Part shown: one piece after another, positions 42,607 to 52,554 of the stretch
Position numbering within the stretch: position 1 is the first letter of the stretch
Layout: each line of letters starts with the position of its first letter
Assembly: GCA_009694725.1 (NCBI GenBank)
Contig: SICV01000001.1
Location: 1 to 63,218 of the forward strand
From: Candidatus Pacearchaeota archaeon
GTDB lineage: Archaea > Nanobdellota > Nanobdellia > Pacearchaeales > GW2011-AR1
Length of the DNA: 63,218 nt
Reading direction: 5' to 3'
Translations under genes and position numbers: made by a program
The notes under the pieces: model-generated
The model's input: only the letters and a program-made list of their open reading frames with translations
What the model was told of the DNA's origin: nothing
The model's database searches: none

Positions 42607-43326
42607 ATGATATCTATGGTACAACGATTATCTTTGATTATCCCTGCGTATAATGAAGCTGATACGCTTCAAGCAGTTATTCGGGCATTACATGCTCTTT
42701 CTTTGCCTGAGATAGAGAAAGAGATTATTGTGGTGAATGATGGGAGTACGGATACAACTGAGAAAATTTTGAAGCAATTACAACAGACTATCCCCTTACG
42801 CGTGTATGTCCACGCTTCGAACAAGGGAAAGGGGGCAAGTATACGGACTGGATTGGTCCATGCAACGGGTGATTTGATCCTCTTTCATGATGCTGATTTT
42901 GAATATAGCCCTTCAGATATTATGAATATGGTCAAATGTATTCGTGAAACGAATGCCGATGCGGTGTATGGGACACGTATGAACTCAAACCATGCACGAT
43001 TTGCTTCTTCCTTACAACGAGGAGGGAATTGGTTCTTGAGTTTTGTTACTCGCCTGCTGTATGGGGGGGACATCAGTGATATGGAAACAGGCTATAAATT
43101 ACTCAAACGTTCTGCATTACAGGGCATATGCTTACGAGAAAAGGGATTTGGTATTGAACCTGAACTTACGGCGCAACTTCTCTTACAGAACAAGAGAATT
43201 GTAGAAATCCCTCTCTCGTTCCGTGCTCGTACACAGGGTAAGAAGTTACGCTATGTTCGGGATGGGTTACGTGCAGGATATGTGCTCTTAAAGTATCGAG
43301 TGAAAGGGAGCAGAATACCTCCATGA
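42607..43326 (+). CDS. Family 2 glycosyltransferase (dolichyl-phosphate sugar synthase-like)
   Basis: LSLIIPAYNE, VVNDGSTDTT and the DAD (DxD) motif. Confidence 0.8.
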   Translation: MISMVQRLSLIIPAYNEADTLQAVIRALHALSLPEIEKEIIVVNDGSTDTTEKILKQLQQTIPLRVYVHASNKGKGASIRTGLVHATGDLILFHDADFEYSPSDIMNMVKCIRETNADAVYGTRMNSNHARFASSLQRGGNWFLSFVTRLLYGGDISDMETGYKLLKRSALQGICLREKGFGIEPELTAQLLLQNKRIVEIPLSFRARTQGKKLRYVRDGLRAGYVLLKYRVKGSRIPP

Positions 43327-44006
43327 AATTAAAACTAATTACTTTTCTTATGCCTGCACTTAATGAACAAGCAGGTATTGCAGCAACCATTGGGGCTATT
43401 CCGCTCACACACCTTTTTCAGGCAGGATATAGTGTAGAAATTCTGGTTGTTGATGGGGGAAGTAGAGATGCAACTGTTTCTCTTGCGCGGAAAGCGGGTG
43501 CTCGTGTTATCGCCTCTCCTCGAGGATATGGCACACAGTATCAATGTGGTTTCAAAGAGGCACGAGGAGAATTTATTGTTACCGGAGATTCAGATGGGAC
43601 TTATCCCTTTGAAGATGCCCTGCGTTATATTCATGCCCTCGAACAACAAAAGCTTGATTTTGTGAGTGTTAATCGCTTTGCACATATGGAACAAGGAGCG
43701 ATGCCCCTCGTTAACAAGATGGGAAATCGATTACTCACTCTCTGTACCAATGTTCTCTTTCAGCTCTCCCTTCGTGATTCGCAAAGCGGGATGTGGATTA
43801 TACGTCGTACCGTACTTTCTCAACTTCGGGCACCTTCTTGTGGCATGTCATTTAGTCAAGAACTGAAAATTGAGGCATTTACGAAGGTACGAAGTGCTGA
43901 ACTTCCTGGCCGCTATAAAGTACGACTTGGTGAAACAAAACTGATCAAATGGAAAGATGGATGTACCAATATGCTTCATTTGTTCAGAAAACGTTTGTCC
44001 TTCTAA
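43323..44006 (+). CDS. Family 2 glycosyltransferase (dolichyl-phosphate sugar synthase-like)
   Basis: FLMPALNE, VVDGGSRDAT, GDSDGTYP. ATGA overlap with the preceding GT2. Confidence 0.75.
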   Translation: MKLKLITFLMPALNEQAGIAATIGAIPLTHLFQAGYSVEILVVDGGSRDATVSLARKAGARVIASPRGYGTQYQCGFKEARGEFIVTGDSDGTYPFEDALRYIHALEQQKLDFVSVNRFAHMEQGAMPLVNKMGNRLLTLCTNVLFQLSLRDSQSGMWIIRRTVLSQLRAPSCGMSFSQELKIEAFTKVRSAELPGRYKVRLGETKLIKWKDGCTNMLHLFRKRLSF

Positions 44007-44054
44007 AAAGTTTGACCCCATAATCTTTTTATAGCCCCAAAGAGGGGTTTTTGT

Positions 44055-45002
44055 ATGGCTCAGCGTATTGTTGTAACCGGAGGAGCAGGATTTATTGGAA
44101 GTCATTTTGTGAGACATGTTTTTGAAAACTATGCCGATTATCGACCATTGGTTGTTGATGCTCTTACGTATGCAGGCTCGCGAGAAAATCTTGCAGCTAT
44201 TCCTTCTAATGGTTATGATTTCATTAAAGCAGATATTACCAATCTGCCCTTTATGAGTGCAATTCTTCGAAAAGATGACCTTGTCGTTCATTTTGCTGCA
44301 GAGTCGCATGTAGATCGCTCAATTGCGGAGCCCCTCATATTTACTCAGACCAATGTTTTTGGTACTCACGCTCTTTTAGAAGCTGGAAAACGTGCCAAGA
44401 TTGCTCGATTCCTGTATGTTTCAACTGATGAAGTCTATGGCTCGTTAGACCCCACTTCCCCTTCTTCTCGTGAAACCGATCTACTTCGCCCCAGATCCCC
44501 GTATAGTGCAAGCAAAGCAGGGGGAGAGCACCTGGTGAGTGCTTATCATGCAACATTTGGAATGGACACTGTTATTACGCGTGGTTCTAACACGTATGGC
44601 CCTCGTCAATACCCTGAGAAAATAATTCCTCTTTTTTGTAGACAATTAGTCGCGGGAAAAAAAGTTCCGGTATATGGCACGGGACAAAACGTTCGAGATT
44701 GGATGCATGTTCAAGATCATTGTGCAGGGATTGACCACATTTTACACCAGGGTGCTTCTGGAGAAATATATAACTTGGGCGGAGGAACTGAGATTACAAA
44801 TCTTGAACTTACGAGACGATTGCTCCAGGCTTTTGGCAAAGGGGAGGAGGCAATTTCATTTGTAGAAGATAGAAAAGGACACGATTTACGCTATTCTTTG
44901 AATACGGAGAAGGCGCAGGCATTGGGATGGTCTCCTCGTGTATCATTTGAACAAGGATTGCACGAAACAGTCGAGTGGTATAAACAGCGGGGGGAATGTT
45001 AA
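44055..45002 (+). CDS. rfbB: dTDP-glucose 4,6-dehydratase
   Basis: VTGGAGFIGSHF, FAAESHVDRS, STDEVYG and YSASKAG (YxxxK); NVRDWMHV is typical of RmlB. Confidence 0.8.
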   Translation: MAQRIVVTGGAGFIGSHFVRHVFENYADYRPLVVDALTYAGSRENLAAIPSNGYDFIKADITNLPFMSAILRKDDLVVHFAAESHVDRSIAEPLIFTQTNVFGTHALLEAGKRAKIARFLYVSTDEVYGSLDPTSPSSRETDLLRPRSPYSASKAGGEHLVSAYHATFGMDTVITRGSNTYGPRQYPEKIIPLFCRQLVAGKKVPVYGTGQNVRDWMHVQDHCAGIDHILHQGASGEIYNLGGGTEITNLELTRRLLQAFGKGEEAISFVEDRKGHDLRYSLNTEKAQALGWSPRVSFEQGLHETVEWYKQRGEC

Positions 45003-45006
45003 TACA

Positions 45007-45870
45007 ATGAAGAGCATTGTTTTGGCAGGTGGTGCAGGTACGCGATTATGGCCCCTTTCATTAGTAACAAGTAAGCAATTACAGCCAGTCTATGATAAAC
45101 CTATGATTTATTATCCGCTTACTACTCTTATCGAAAGTGGTATACGGGATATCCTCCTTATTTCAACCCCTGTAGATACGCCTTCTTTTCAAAAATTGCT
45201 TGGTGATGGTTCTCGGTTCGGTATTCGACTTTCTTATTGTGTTCAACAAAAACCAGAAGGTCTTGCTCAAGCATTTACTTTGGGGGATCGATTTATTGGA
45301 CAGGACAATGTTTGTTTAATTTTAGGCGATAATCTCTTTTCAGGTTTTACTGAAATTCCTTCTGCTTGTCAACGATTTACATCCGGTGGAACTGTTTTTG
45401 GGTATGAAGTAAGCAATCCTCAGCGCTACGCTGTAGTCAACTTTGATCCTGCAGGTAAACCTCTGGAGATTATTGAGAAACCAACACACCCCAAAAGTAA
45501 TTATGCTGTGCCTGGAATCTATTTTTTTGATTCTGATGTTGTTCCTATTGCTCGAGCGCAAGTCCCTTCCGCTCGAGGAGAACTTGAAATTACGGGAGTT
45601 ATGAATGAGTATTTAAGACGAGGAACACTGCAGGTTTTGAAAGTGGGGCGAGGGGCTGCCTGGCTCGATTCGGGCACTACGAGTAGTTTACAAGAAGCAT
45701 CCGCCTATGTTCAAACAATTGAACAGAGACAGGGTATCAAAATTGGATGCCCTGAAGAAGCCGCACTGAAACAAGGATTTTTGACGCCTATACAACTTAA
45801 GAGGCAATTTGATGACGGCACTATTCCTTCTTGCGAATATCGATCCTATCTTGAACGATTAGTTGCGTAA
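45007..45870 (+). CDS. rfbA: Glucose-1-phosphate thymidylyltransferase
   Basis: LAGGAGTRLWPLS, KQLQPVYDKPMIYYPL and the EKP...SNYAVPGIYFFD pattern. Start at the internal ATG 45007 (the track start at 44938 lies inside rfbB). Confidence 0.85.
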   Translation: MKSIVLAGGAGTRLWPLSLVTSKQLQPVYDKPMIYYPLTTLIESGIRDILLISTPVDTPSFQKLLGDGSRFGIRLSYCVQQKPEGLAQAFTLGDRFIGQDNVCLILGDNLFSGFTEIPSACQRFTSGGTVFGYEVSNPQRYAVVNFDPAGKPLEIIEKPTHPKSNYAVPGIYFFDSDVVPIARAQVPSARGELEITGVMNEYLRRGTLQVLKVGRGAAWLDSGTTSSLQEASAYVQTIEQRQGIKIGCPEEAALKQGFLTPIQLKRQFDDGTIPSCEYRSYLERLVA

Positions 45871-46677
45871 GGCAATCGTTTCTTGAAGGGCGAGTTTCCA
45901 ATTTCTTAGTTTTATTTTTGTTGAGCTGAGAACCTCACTTCGTGATCTGTGCGGACCATTGAGTTCATCTTCAATAATTGATTTTGCACGAATAGGTGAC
46001 TTACTTTTGAGAAGTCGTACGAGTTCGGTACAGAATTCCAATGCTGAAGCGCCCCCGTTATTTGCTATGTGATAGATGCCCTCTTTTTCTGCAGTAATCA
46101 CCTCTTTTAATGTTGATTGAAAATCGGATACAGATGTGAAAGAACCTGTTTGATCTTCCGTTGCATTAATCTCCTTTCCTTGCAGGGCAGCATCAATCAC
46201 ATTGTTGAAGAAATTTCTTTTGTGAGTGAATCCAAAGAGCCAACCCGTTCTTACGACTATTCCTTTTTCATAGCTTGTGACTATTTTTTCTGCGAGATAT
46301 TTAGTAAGCCCGTACGTATTTCGTGGTGAAGGAATAGCATTTTCATCAAACAGCGTGCCCTTTGGTCCATTAAAGACGGTTCCTGAAGAAATCAGGATTA
46401 CTGGAATATGCTCTTCTGTTGCTATCTTTTGGACGTTTGCCATACCTTCCACATTAATTTTTGCTGCTTGAAGCGGGTCTTTCTCACAATCGCGTAAATT
46501 GAGAGACGCAAGATTGAGGATTGCAGTGGGATGATATTTTTTTACTGCTGCACGAACTGACTTTTCTTCAAGTATGTTTACTTCCTCATGAGATACCTTT
46601 ATTCCAAAGTCTAACTCTTTACCAATGGCGCCTTCCCCTCCCAGTATCAAAACTTTTTGTAGATTAGCCATGCTCAA
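45859..46677 (-). CDS. NAD(P)-dependent sugar reductase, RmlD (dTDP-4-dehydrorhamnose reductase)-like
   Basis: ILGGEGAIGKEL Rossmann motif and YGLTKYLAE (YxxxK). The 272-aa length is typical of RmlD-type short SDRs. Confidence 0.5.
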   Translation of the reverse strand: MSMANLQKVLILGGEGAIGKELDFGIKVSHEEVNILEEKSVRAAVKKYHPTAILNLASLNLRDCEKDPLQAAKINVEGMANVQKIATEEHIPVILISSGTVFNGPKGTLFDENAIPSPRNTYGLTKYLAEKIVTSYEKGIVVRTGWLFGFTHKRNFFNNVIDAALQGKEINATEDQTGSFTSVSDFQSTLKEVITAEKEGIYHIANNGGASALEFCTELVRLLKSKSPIRAKSIIEDELNGPHRSRSEVLSSTKIKLRNWKLALQETIALRN

Positions 46678-47899
46678 TAACTTCTAATTTTGGAAACGGA
46701 ACAATCATTCTGAAAGATGCATATTTTTCTTTTAGACGCCTGAGATAATCTTCTTTATAATTCCAGGAAAGTAACAGGAATGTTCTTTTTTCTGTGTTGC
46801 TCCCAATGCTTTCAAATGATTGTACAGGAATATGTACCCCGGGTGTGACTCGCCCTTGTTTAAGAGAGGTGTCATCTACAATAAATGCTATGTCTTCTTT
46901 CCCTATTTGACAATAATTGAGGATAACTACTCCTCGCGCGGGAGCACCCAAGCCAATCAGTTTTCCCCCTCGTTTCTTTTCTTCATTAATCAGATTTCTT
47001 AAGTGTATTTTAAACTCTGCTACCTTTTTTTCTACCAAAAGGTAGGTCTCGGGTTTATCAAACCCGATCTTCTTTTCTTCTTCTAAAAGTGAAAGAACCC
47101 GGGATGAAACTTCTGAAGCATATTCTTCCTTCATCGCGCAGATACGCAATGAGCCCCCTTGTGTAGCTATTCGTTCAACGTCGATTACTTTCATCCCGGC
47201 CATTCTAAAGAGGGCAATTAATGAATGAAGGGAAAAGGTATAGACATGTTCATGATAAATGGTATCAAATTCTCCTCGAAGAATTGTTTCAAGGGCATAG
47301 ACTCCCTCCATTATTAAAAGGCATTTATCATTCATAAGGATACGGGCACCTTTGAGGAGATCGATATTATCTGGAGTGTGTGGAATAACATTCAAGCCGA
47401 TAATAAAGTCAAATTTACCCCTCTCTTTTACTATTTGAGAGGCTGTTGACGTATTAAAAAACTCGGGGATATAGGGTACTCCCTTTTCTTTGTTAAGAGA
47501 AATGAGATTTTTTGCCGGGTCGACTCCTAGAATATTCAAGGTATATTGTTTGAAGAAAGATAAGAGCGTTCCATCATTTGACCCAATTTCTAATACTCTC
47601 TTTTCTCCTGAGATCGCGTGTTTTTTCGCAAGATGAGCTGCTACTTCTTTTAAATGAGAGATATTTTGTTGGGATCCCGCTGAAAGGTGGAGATACTGTC
47701 TAAATAATGTTTCAGGAGGGACTATTTCTTCAAGCTGAACTAAGAAACACTGTGGGCAGTAGGCTAAATTAAGTGGATATTTTACTTCTTGAGCTATTTC
47801 GGCAGGAAGGATAAATGCGTTGACAGGGGGAATGTCCCCTAATGTGAGAAAAGAGACTATTTTTTCAAACCCGCATCCTGCACATTTAAGATATACCAT
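46664..47899 (-). CDS. NDP-hexose C-methyltransferase-like protein (zinc-binding N-domain, SAM MTase, C-methyltransferase C-domain)
   Basis: CAGCGF...LGDIPPVNAF and YCPQCFLVQL (4-Cys N-domain), SAM motif LEIGSNDGTLL, and the C-terminal block GLGAPARGVVILNYC...IVDDTSLKQGRVTPGVHIPV, as in TylC3/EryBIII-type enzymes. Confidence 0.65.
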   Translation of the reverse strand: MVYLKCAGCGFEKIVSFLTLGDIPPVNAFILPAEIAQEVKYPLNLAYCPQCFLVQLEEIVPPETLFRQYLHLSAGSQQNISHLKEVAAHLAKKHAISGEKRVLEIGSNDGTLLSFFKQYTLNILGVDPAKNLISLNKEKGVPYIPEFFNTSTASQIVKERGKFDFIIGLNVIPHTPDNIDLLKGARILMNDKCLLIMEGVYALETILRGEFDTIYHEHVYTFSLHSLIALFRMAGMKVIDVERIATQGGSLRICAMKEEYASEVSSRVLSLLEEEKKIGFDKPETYLLVEKKVAEFKIHLRNLINEEKKRGGKLIGLGAPARGVVILNYCQIGKEDIAFIVDDTSLKQGRVTPGVHIPVQSFESIGSNTEKRTFLLLSWNYKEDYLRRLKEKYASFRMIVPFPKLEVIEHG

Positions 47900-47911
47900 A
47901 TTCTTATCGCA

Positions 47912-48682
47912 TTACCTCCGCTTAAAGAGCTTCGTATAGATGCCCAGTTTTGCAGCCACAAATGCGCCTAATACTTTAAACGTTCGAATAGCATACCAAG
48001 CAGCCCCTTTCAGTGAGTGAGAGGTATGCTCTGCTTTATAGTCTGCCTCAACAGGAACTTCTTTCACGGTAAATCCGTAATATGCTGCTTGGGCAATTAT
48101 TTCAAAACTAAACAGATAATCGTTTGTATTATCTGCGATGGGGGCAGTTTCTAAGAGGCGACGACCGTATATTCTAAATCCGGTGTGAAATTCAGTCAAA
48201 GGTAATCCGAGTACTGCCCGGTCAAAGAAACTTAAGCCCCTATTGGCGAGGAACCGAATAAGCGACATCCCATTCTCTCGTGCTTTACCCGGAACAGTAA
48301 ATCGTGATCCTAGGATGAGTTGCGCTTTCCCTTCTTGCATGAAAGGTAATGCATATTTAATAGAAATAGGGTTGAATTGTGCTCCATCCCCATGAATTTC
48401 AACGATATAGTCCGCGCCCATCTTCAAGGCTTGTTGAATACCTGCTTTGAGATTTCCCCCGTACCCTCGATTAGGCACATGCCTAAATGCTTTAATTCCT
48501 AATTTTTTTGCAACTTCATATGTCCCATCTTTTGAACCGTCATCCATCAGAATAAGGTCATCGAGAAGTTTATGTGGAATACGTTCCATTGCGCGAGGAA
48601 GCATCGATGCTACGTTATAGGCTAAAATAACTCCGATTATCTTTGGTTTCTTTGTAACAGAAAGAGTCTTCTTCTGAGGCAT
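47912..48682 (-). CDS. Family 2 glycosyltransferase
   Basis: IGVILAYN and LMDDGSKDGT motifs, plus a C-terminal amphipathic/TM tail. Confidence 0.75.
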   Translation of the reverse strand: MPQKKTLSVTKKPKIIGVILAYNVASMLPRAMERIPHKLLDDLILMDDGSKDGTYEVAKKLGIKAFRHVPNRGYGGNLKAGIQQALKMGADYIVEIHGDGAQFNPISIKYALPFMQEGKAQLILGSRFTVPGKARENGMSLIRFLANRGLSFFDRAVLGLPLTEFHTGFRIYGRRLLETAPIADNTNDYLFSFEIIAQAAYYGFTVKEVPVEADYKAEHTSHSLKGAAWYAIRTFKVLGAFVAAKLGIYTKLFKRR

Positions 48683-48747
48683 CTCTTTCTAGACAAAAAG
48701 GGATTTATAAAGTTACATAGTCCAGAGAAGAATCGTTATTGTATGCT

Positions 48748-49800
48748 TTATTTATTATTCCATCGCGGAGTTGACGCTAAACTATATTGCATCACCGGTT
48801 CTTTAATGATTTTTTTCATCACTTCTAAATTGTAATATTTCATATCGTCCATATTGGGCAATTCCCCTTTAGTGAATGCTTCTTGAATTTCTTTCACCCC
48901 ATATGCAACATCATAGAGCGCTTTGAAGTTACAAATTCTTTCAAATTTTTTAAAGCTCACCAGATAGGAACGATTATCTCTATTTCCTTCTAAACGTTCA
49001 ATAGGGGCATTAGGAAAGATTTTTTGCATAAGAACAACTAAGTCTTTAATCATGAAGTTGAGATCACTATTCCCCACATTGAAAATCTGTTTATTCACAA
49101 TACACGGGTCTTCACCCATCACCGTCATAATCGCTCTACTTGCATCTTTTACGTGAAGAAAGGGTCGATATTGTACCCCGTCTCCATTCAGAATGATACT
49201 TTTTCCTTGGAGGGCCCTTTTTGTCATGACGTTAACGGCTAGATCAAATCTCATACGAGGGGAATACCCGAATAACGTTGCAAATCTCAGAGCCGTGACT
49301 GAAAATTTTGAATCAGCAAGCGGAAGGAGTTCATTCTCACATTGTAACTTTGAGAGAGCATAGAGTGTAACGGGGCCCACTTCCGATTGCTCATCGAGAT
49401 GATGTGCCCCACTTGCCCCATAGACACTACAGGAAGAAATGAAAATAAATTTCTTTACTCCTTCAGCCTTTGCTCTTCGTGCGAGAGAAAGTGTCGCCAA
49501 AAAATTTGTCTGAATGGTTAAATTAGGATCTAAATCTCCTGAAGGATCATTGGATAAACCAGCAAGATGAATGACTGTTTCAACATCTTTGAAAAGAGAA
49601 GGGATATTTTCATGATGCGATACATCCATTTCAATGAGTGAAAATTGGGGATTTGAGAGATATTTCTCTAAGTGTTCTTTCCCGAAATACAAGCTATCGA
49701 CTACCGTGACTTTCTTACCTGCCTCAAGGAGTAACGGAACCAATATATTGCCTAAATACCCTGCTCCTCCAGTCACAATAACCCTCTCTCTCAGCGTCAT
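48748..49800 (-). CDS. NAD-dependent nucleotide-sugar epimerase/dehydratase (extended SDR)
   Basis: VTGGAGYLGN, SSCSVYG, YALSKLQCE (YxxxK). Confidence 0.75.
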   Translation of the reverse strand: MTLRERVIVTGGAGYLGNILVPLLLEAGKKVTVVDSLYFGKEHLEKYLSNPQFSLIEMDVSHHENIPSLFKDVETVIHLAGLSNDPSGDLDPNLTIQTNFLATLSLARRAKAEGVKKFIFISSCSVYGASGAHHLDEQSEVGPVTLYALSKLQCENELLPLADSKFSVTALRFATLFGYSPRMRFDLAVNVMTKRALQGKSIILNGDGVQYRPFLHVKDASRAIMTVMGEDPCIVNKQIFNVGNSDLNFMIKDLVVLMQKIFPNAPIERLEGNRDNRSYLVSFKKFERICNFKALYDVAYGVKEIQEAFTKGELPNMDDMKYYNLEVMKKIIKEPVMQYSLASTPRWNNK

Positions 49801-49822
49801 ACTTTTGCCTGCAAGAGTTTAT

Positions 49823-51664
49823 TTATAAATCCTCTGCTCGATTGTTCCATGTTTCAGTCATAACCACCAGATAGAGTGTATAGAGTGGCGCAAGGAAAGC
49901 AAGCACAATACTTACATAGAGAACCAGATACGCTAGAGGATTGAGCAGGCTTGCAACTAATCCAGAAGTGGTATATGAGTCGATCTGAGCCCCTTCATTA
50001 CGAGTACGAGGGATATCATAAAAGAACCAATTGTGTGTTTGATCGATGCTTTGCAGAATTTGAGGGTTGAGAGGAATAGAAACCTCATAGACCCGATATT
50101 GGACTAACGATGAGTCTTCATACCCATCAGCATTATCTTTTGATCCTCCTCCATAGATACTCCACTGACTTGTCGCTGCTGTTTTAAAAGAGGCTGCTAA
50201 GGCCTCCATTGATTCGTTTAATGCTGGTTGGTCTTTAATTGTCCCCCACCCACAATCGTCCACGGCACATTCAATAAAGAAAGTTCTCACAGGTGTTGAA
50301 GCTTTATTTTTTTGAGCATAGTCCATGACTTGTCCAAAACTACCTGCGTCCAGATAATGTTTATCGTTAAACATCCAGACTGAAAGTCCTCGATAAATAC
50401 GGCTATCCGTTATGACCAGGTCTGCGCTTGTTATTTTATCGTTTGCAAACTCGCGTAATTGCGCTGTTGCACTTTGGTGGGCAAAGACCGGACCGATTAT
50501 GCTGAGGTTTACAATAATGAGTATCATAAAGACAACAAACGCTATTTTTTTAAAGAGGGCGCTTGAGCTCGTATGTATCTTTTCAAAAAAGCTCCCAGCA
50601 ATAATGGCAAAAAGAGCGGTAAAATAGGTATAATGTGTGTCAAGCACAATGGTTGCTGCGATGAATAGAAGTGGAAATACGATCAGTGTCAGGAGGAATG
50701 ACTTCTCAAAGCGAAATTGGTTCTCTTTTTTAAGAGAGCGAAGGAAGAACATAAGCCCCAGCCCAAATAGTATTAGAGAGAGAGGATCTTGTTTAGCAAA
50801 ATACTCGACAAACACATCTTTCAGATTTTTAGGGAGTTTTTCGAGCATGAATCCATCCCCATGCGCTAGTCCAGGACCTTGGTATACTTCGATGTTTATT
50901 CCTAAGTACATAGCAAAGGGAAGATCAACAATCCCCTTTGATTCATAGAGAAAGTAATTGTATGCAAACAGAGGGACCAAACAAAGGCCGATTACTCCGA
51001 AGAAATAGAGCATATTTCTGAAACTCTTGTTATAGAGTGCGGGATCTTTTCTATTGCGGTATACGGTTATCAGTAAAAATATACTAAATACGACAATAAA
51101 TACGCCTGAAATTATCTTTATCAAACAGCCAATTCCCAAGAAGAGGGCGCTGAGAGGAGTAATATATTTTTTATCTCGGTAGTCTTTCAAAAAGAAATAG
51201 GAAGCAAGAAGAACAAAGAAAAGAAGAGATTGATCCATATATATTCGTGACCAATAAAGCTGATAGGGTGAAAAAGCAAATAACGCTGCAGCTAGAAGAC
51301 TTGTTCGTGCACTGAAAAAGAGCCTACTGAGTAGAAAGACCAACACAATTGAAAATGTACCAAATACAATTGCACATAACCTCCCCGACCAAAGGGTTAC
51401 TCCAAACACAGCATAGGAGAAGTCTGTTAAATAGAACCAAAGCGGGCCCTGGGTAATGGTGCTTAAGGGGCCTAATGAGGCAATGCCGATAGCGTGTGAG
51501 CCGTGTACCATTTCATCTGCAACAGGCGCATTATGTGCTGCGATGATCATTCGGAATATGAAGCCACAAAGAACAAGGAGGAAGAGCCATTTTGCTTCAT
51601 TTTTTGAGAATAAAATGGTGACGAATTTTTCAATTATTCCCTTTTGCTCTTTCTGTGGGGGCAT
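49823..51664 (-). CDS. Polytopic membrane glycosyltransferase, GT39/GT83 (PMT/ArnT)-like, with C-terminal extracytoplasmic domain
   Basis: About 11 TM. A first-loop acidic motif (APVADEMVHG) is typical of GT-C enzymes. No WWDYG motif, so it is not AglB. Confidence 0.55.
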   Translation of the reverse strand: MPPQKEQKGIIEKFVTILFSKNEAKWLFLLVLCGFIFRMIIAAHNAPVADEMVHGSHAIGIASLGPLSTITQGPLWFYLTDFSYAVFGVTLWSGRLCAIVFGTFSIVLVFLLSRLFFSARTSLLAAALFAFSPYQLYWSRIYMDQSLLFFVLLASYFFLKDYRDKKYITPLSALFLGIGCLIKIISGVFIVVFSIFLLITVYRNRKDPALYNKSFRNMLYFFGVIGLCLVPLFAYNYFLYESKGIVDLPFAMYLGINIEVYQGPGLAHGDGFMLEKLPKNLKDVFVEYFAKQDPLSLILFGLGLMFFLRSLKKENQFRFEKSFLLTLIVFPLLFIAATIVLDTHYTYFTALFAIIAGSFFEKIHTSSSALFKKIAFVVFMILIIVNLSIIGPVFAHQSATAQLREFANDKITSADLVITDSRIYRGLSVWMFNDKHYLDAGSFGQVMDYAQKNKASTPVRTFFIECAVDDCGWGTIKDQPALNESMEALAASFKTAATSQWSIYGGGSKDNADGYEDSSLVQYRVYEVSIPLNPQILQSIDQTHNWFFYDIPRTRNEGAQIDSYTTSGLVASLLNPLAYLVLYVSIVLAFLAPLYTLYLVVMTETWNNRAEDL

Positions 51665-51705
51665 AGTGGTAAAGGAAATTAGACATTTATAACCTTATGT
51701 TTTAT

Positions 51706-52260
51706 TTATCCCTTTATTGCCTCCATTTCTATATGACATGCACCGATATGCTTTGGCATTAATTTGTAGAGCATTATCTTTAACGTATTACTCCCACCAT
51801 AAAAATAGTTGAATTTGTGTTGTTTAAATTTTCTAAATAAATATTGTAAGTGACTTGCGACAAATAAATGATAATGGTGATCCTCAACATCTCCCTCTTT
51901 TTGAGTATGCCCAAAGGGATCTTGATTTGTAAATAGCTTTTCATATGCTTTGTTATGTTCATGCTTCTTTGCTAAGTGAAGTAGTACAAATCCTGCGTAA
52001 TCTGTTCTAATCCATATTTTTCCACCTTTTTTAAGAATTCTATAACATTCATCTGTAAAAGTCCCCAAGTTTTTGATATGCTCAAGAACTGATTTGCAAT
52101 AAATTTCATCAAAATAATTAGAGGGATAAGGTAACTTTTTGTCAAGATCTCCAACTTCTGTCGTGGCGAGAGTTTTGAATACGTCTATTCTATGGGTGCC
52201 ATACTGATCATTCCCACATCCTACATTTAAAATTTTCTTTCCCATCGTTAATATATGCAC
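51706..52260 (-). CDS. Class I SAM-dependent methyltransferase
   Basis: ILNVGCGND motif I, CKSVLEHI and LKKGGKIWI. Confidence 0.55.
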   Translation of the reverse strand: MHILTMGKKILNVGCGNDQYGTHRIDVFKTLATTEVGDLDKKLPYPSNYFDEIYCKSVLEHIKNLGTFTDECYRILKKGGKIWIRTDYAGFVLLHLAKKHEHNKAYEKLFTNQDPFGHTQKEGDVEDHHYHLFVASHLQYLFRKFKQHKFNYFYGGSNTLKIMLYKLMPKHIGACHIEMEAIKG

Positions 52261-52307
52261 AATTATGCAGACTTCCTATAAAAAGATATCTGCTTTACTA
52301 TACATAG

Positions 52308-52523
52308 ATGGCTCGTAAGTCAATAATTGAAGTTATTAAAGAAGTGAAACATCTTTTAGAGATGGAGGGCACTTTATCTACGCGCCAAATTTCGATTAAA
52401 ACTCATTCTCAATGGAGAACGGTACACAAAGCATTAGAAGTACTTACCTTTTTGGAAATAATCCAGAAACAAAAAGGTAGTAAAACTGAGAGAATGGAAA
52501 CGAGTTACTCGATAAAGGACTAA
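52308..52523 (+). CDS. Small winged-helix DNA-binding-like protein
   Basis: 71 aa with an HTH-like LSTRQISIKTHSQWRTVHKALEVL. A TATA-like cctataaaaag lies upstream. Confidence 0.35.
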   Translation: MARKSIIEVIKEVKHLLEMEGTLSTRQISIKTHSQWRTVHKALEVLTFLEIIQKQKGSKTERMETSYSIKD

Positions 52524-52554
52524 CTTATTTAAAGGGCCCTTTCAGTTTTAGATA

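Noticed and set aside
43848-44309. 153-aa ORF antisense across the GT2/rfbB junction
   Set aside because: It overlaps two recognised genes on the other strand, and no motif is recognisable.
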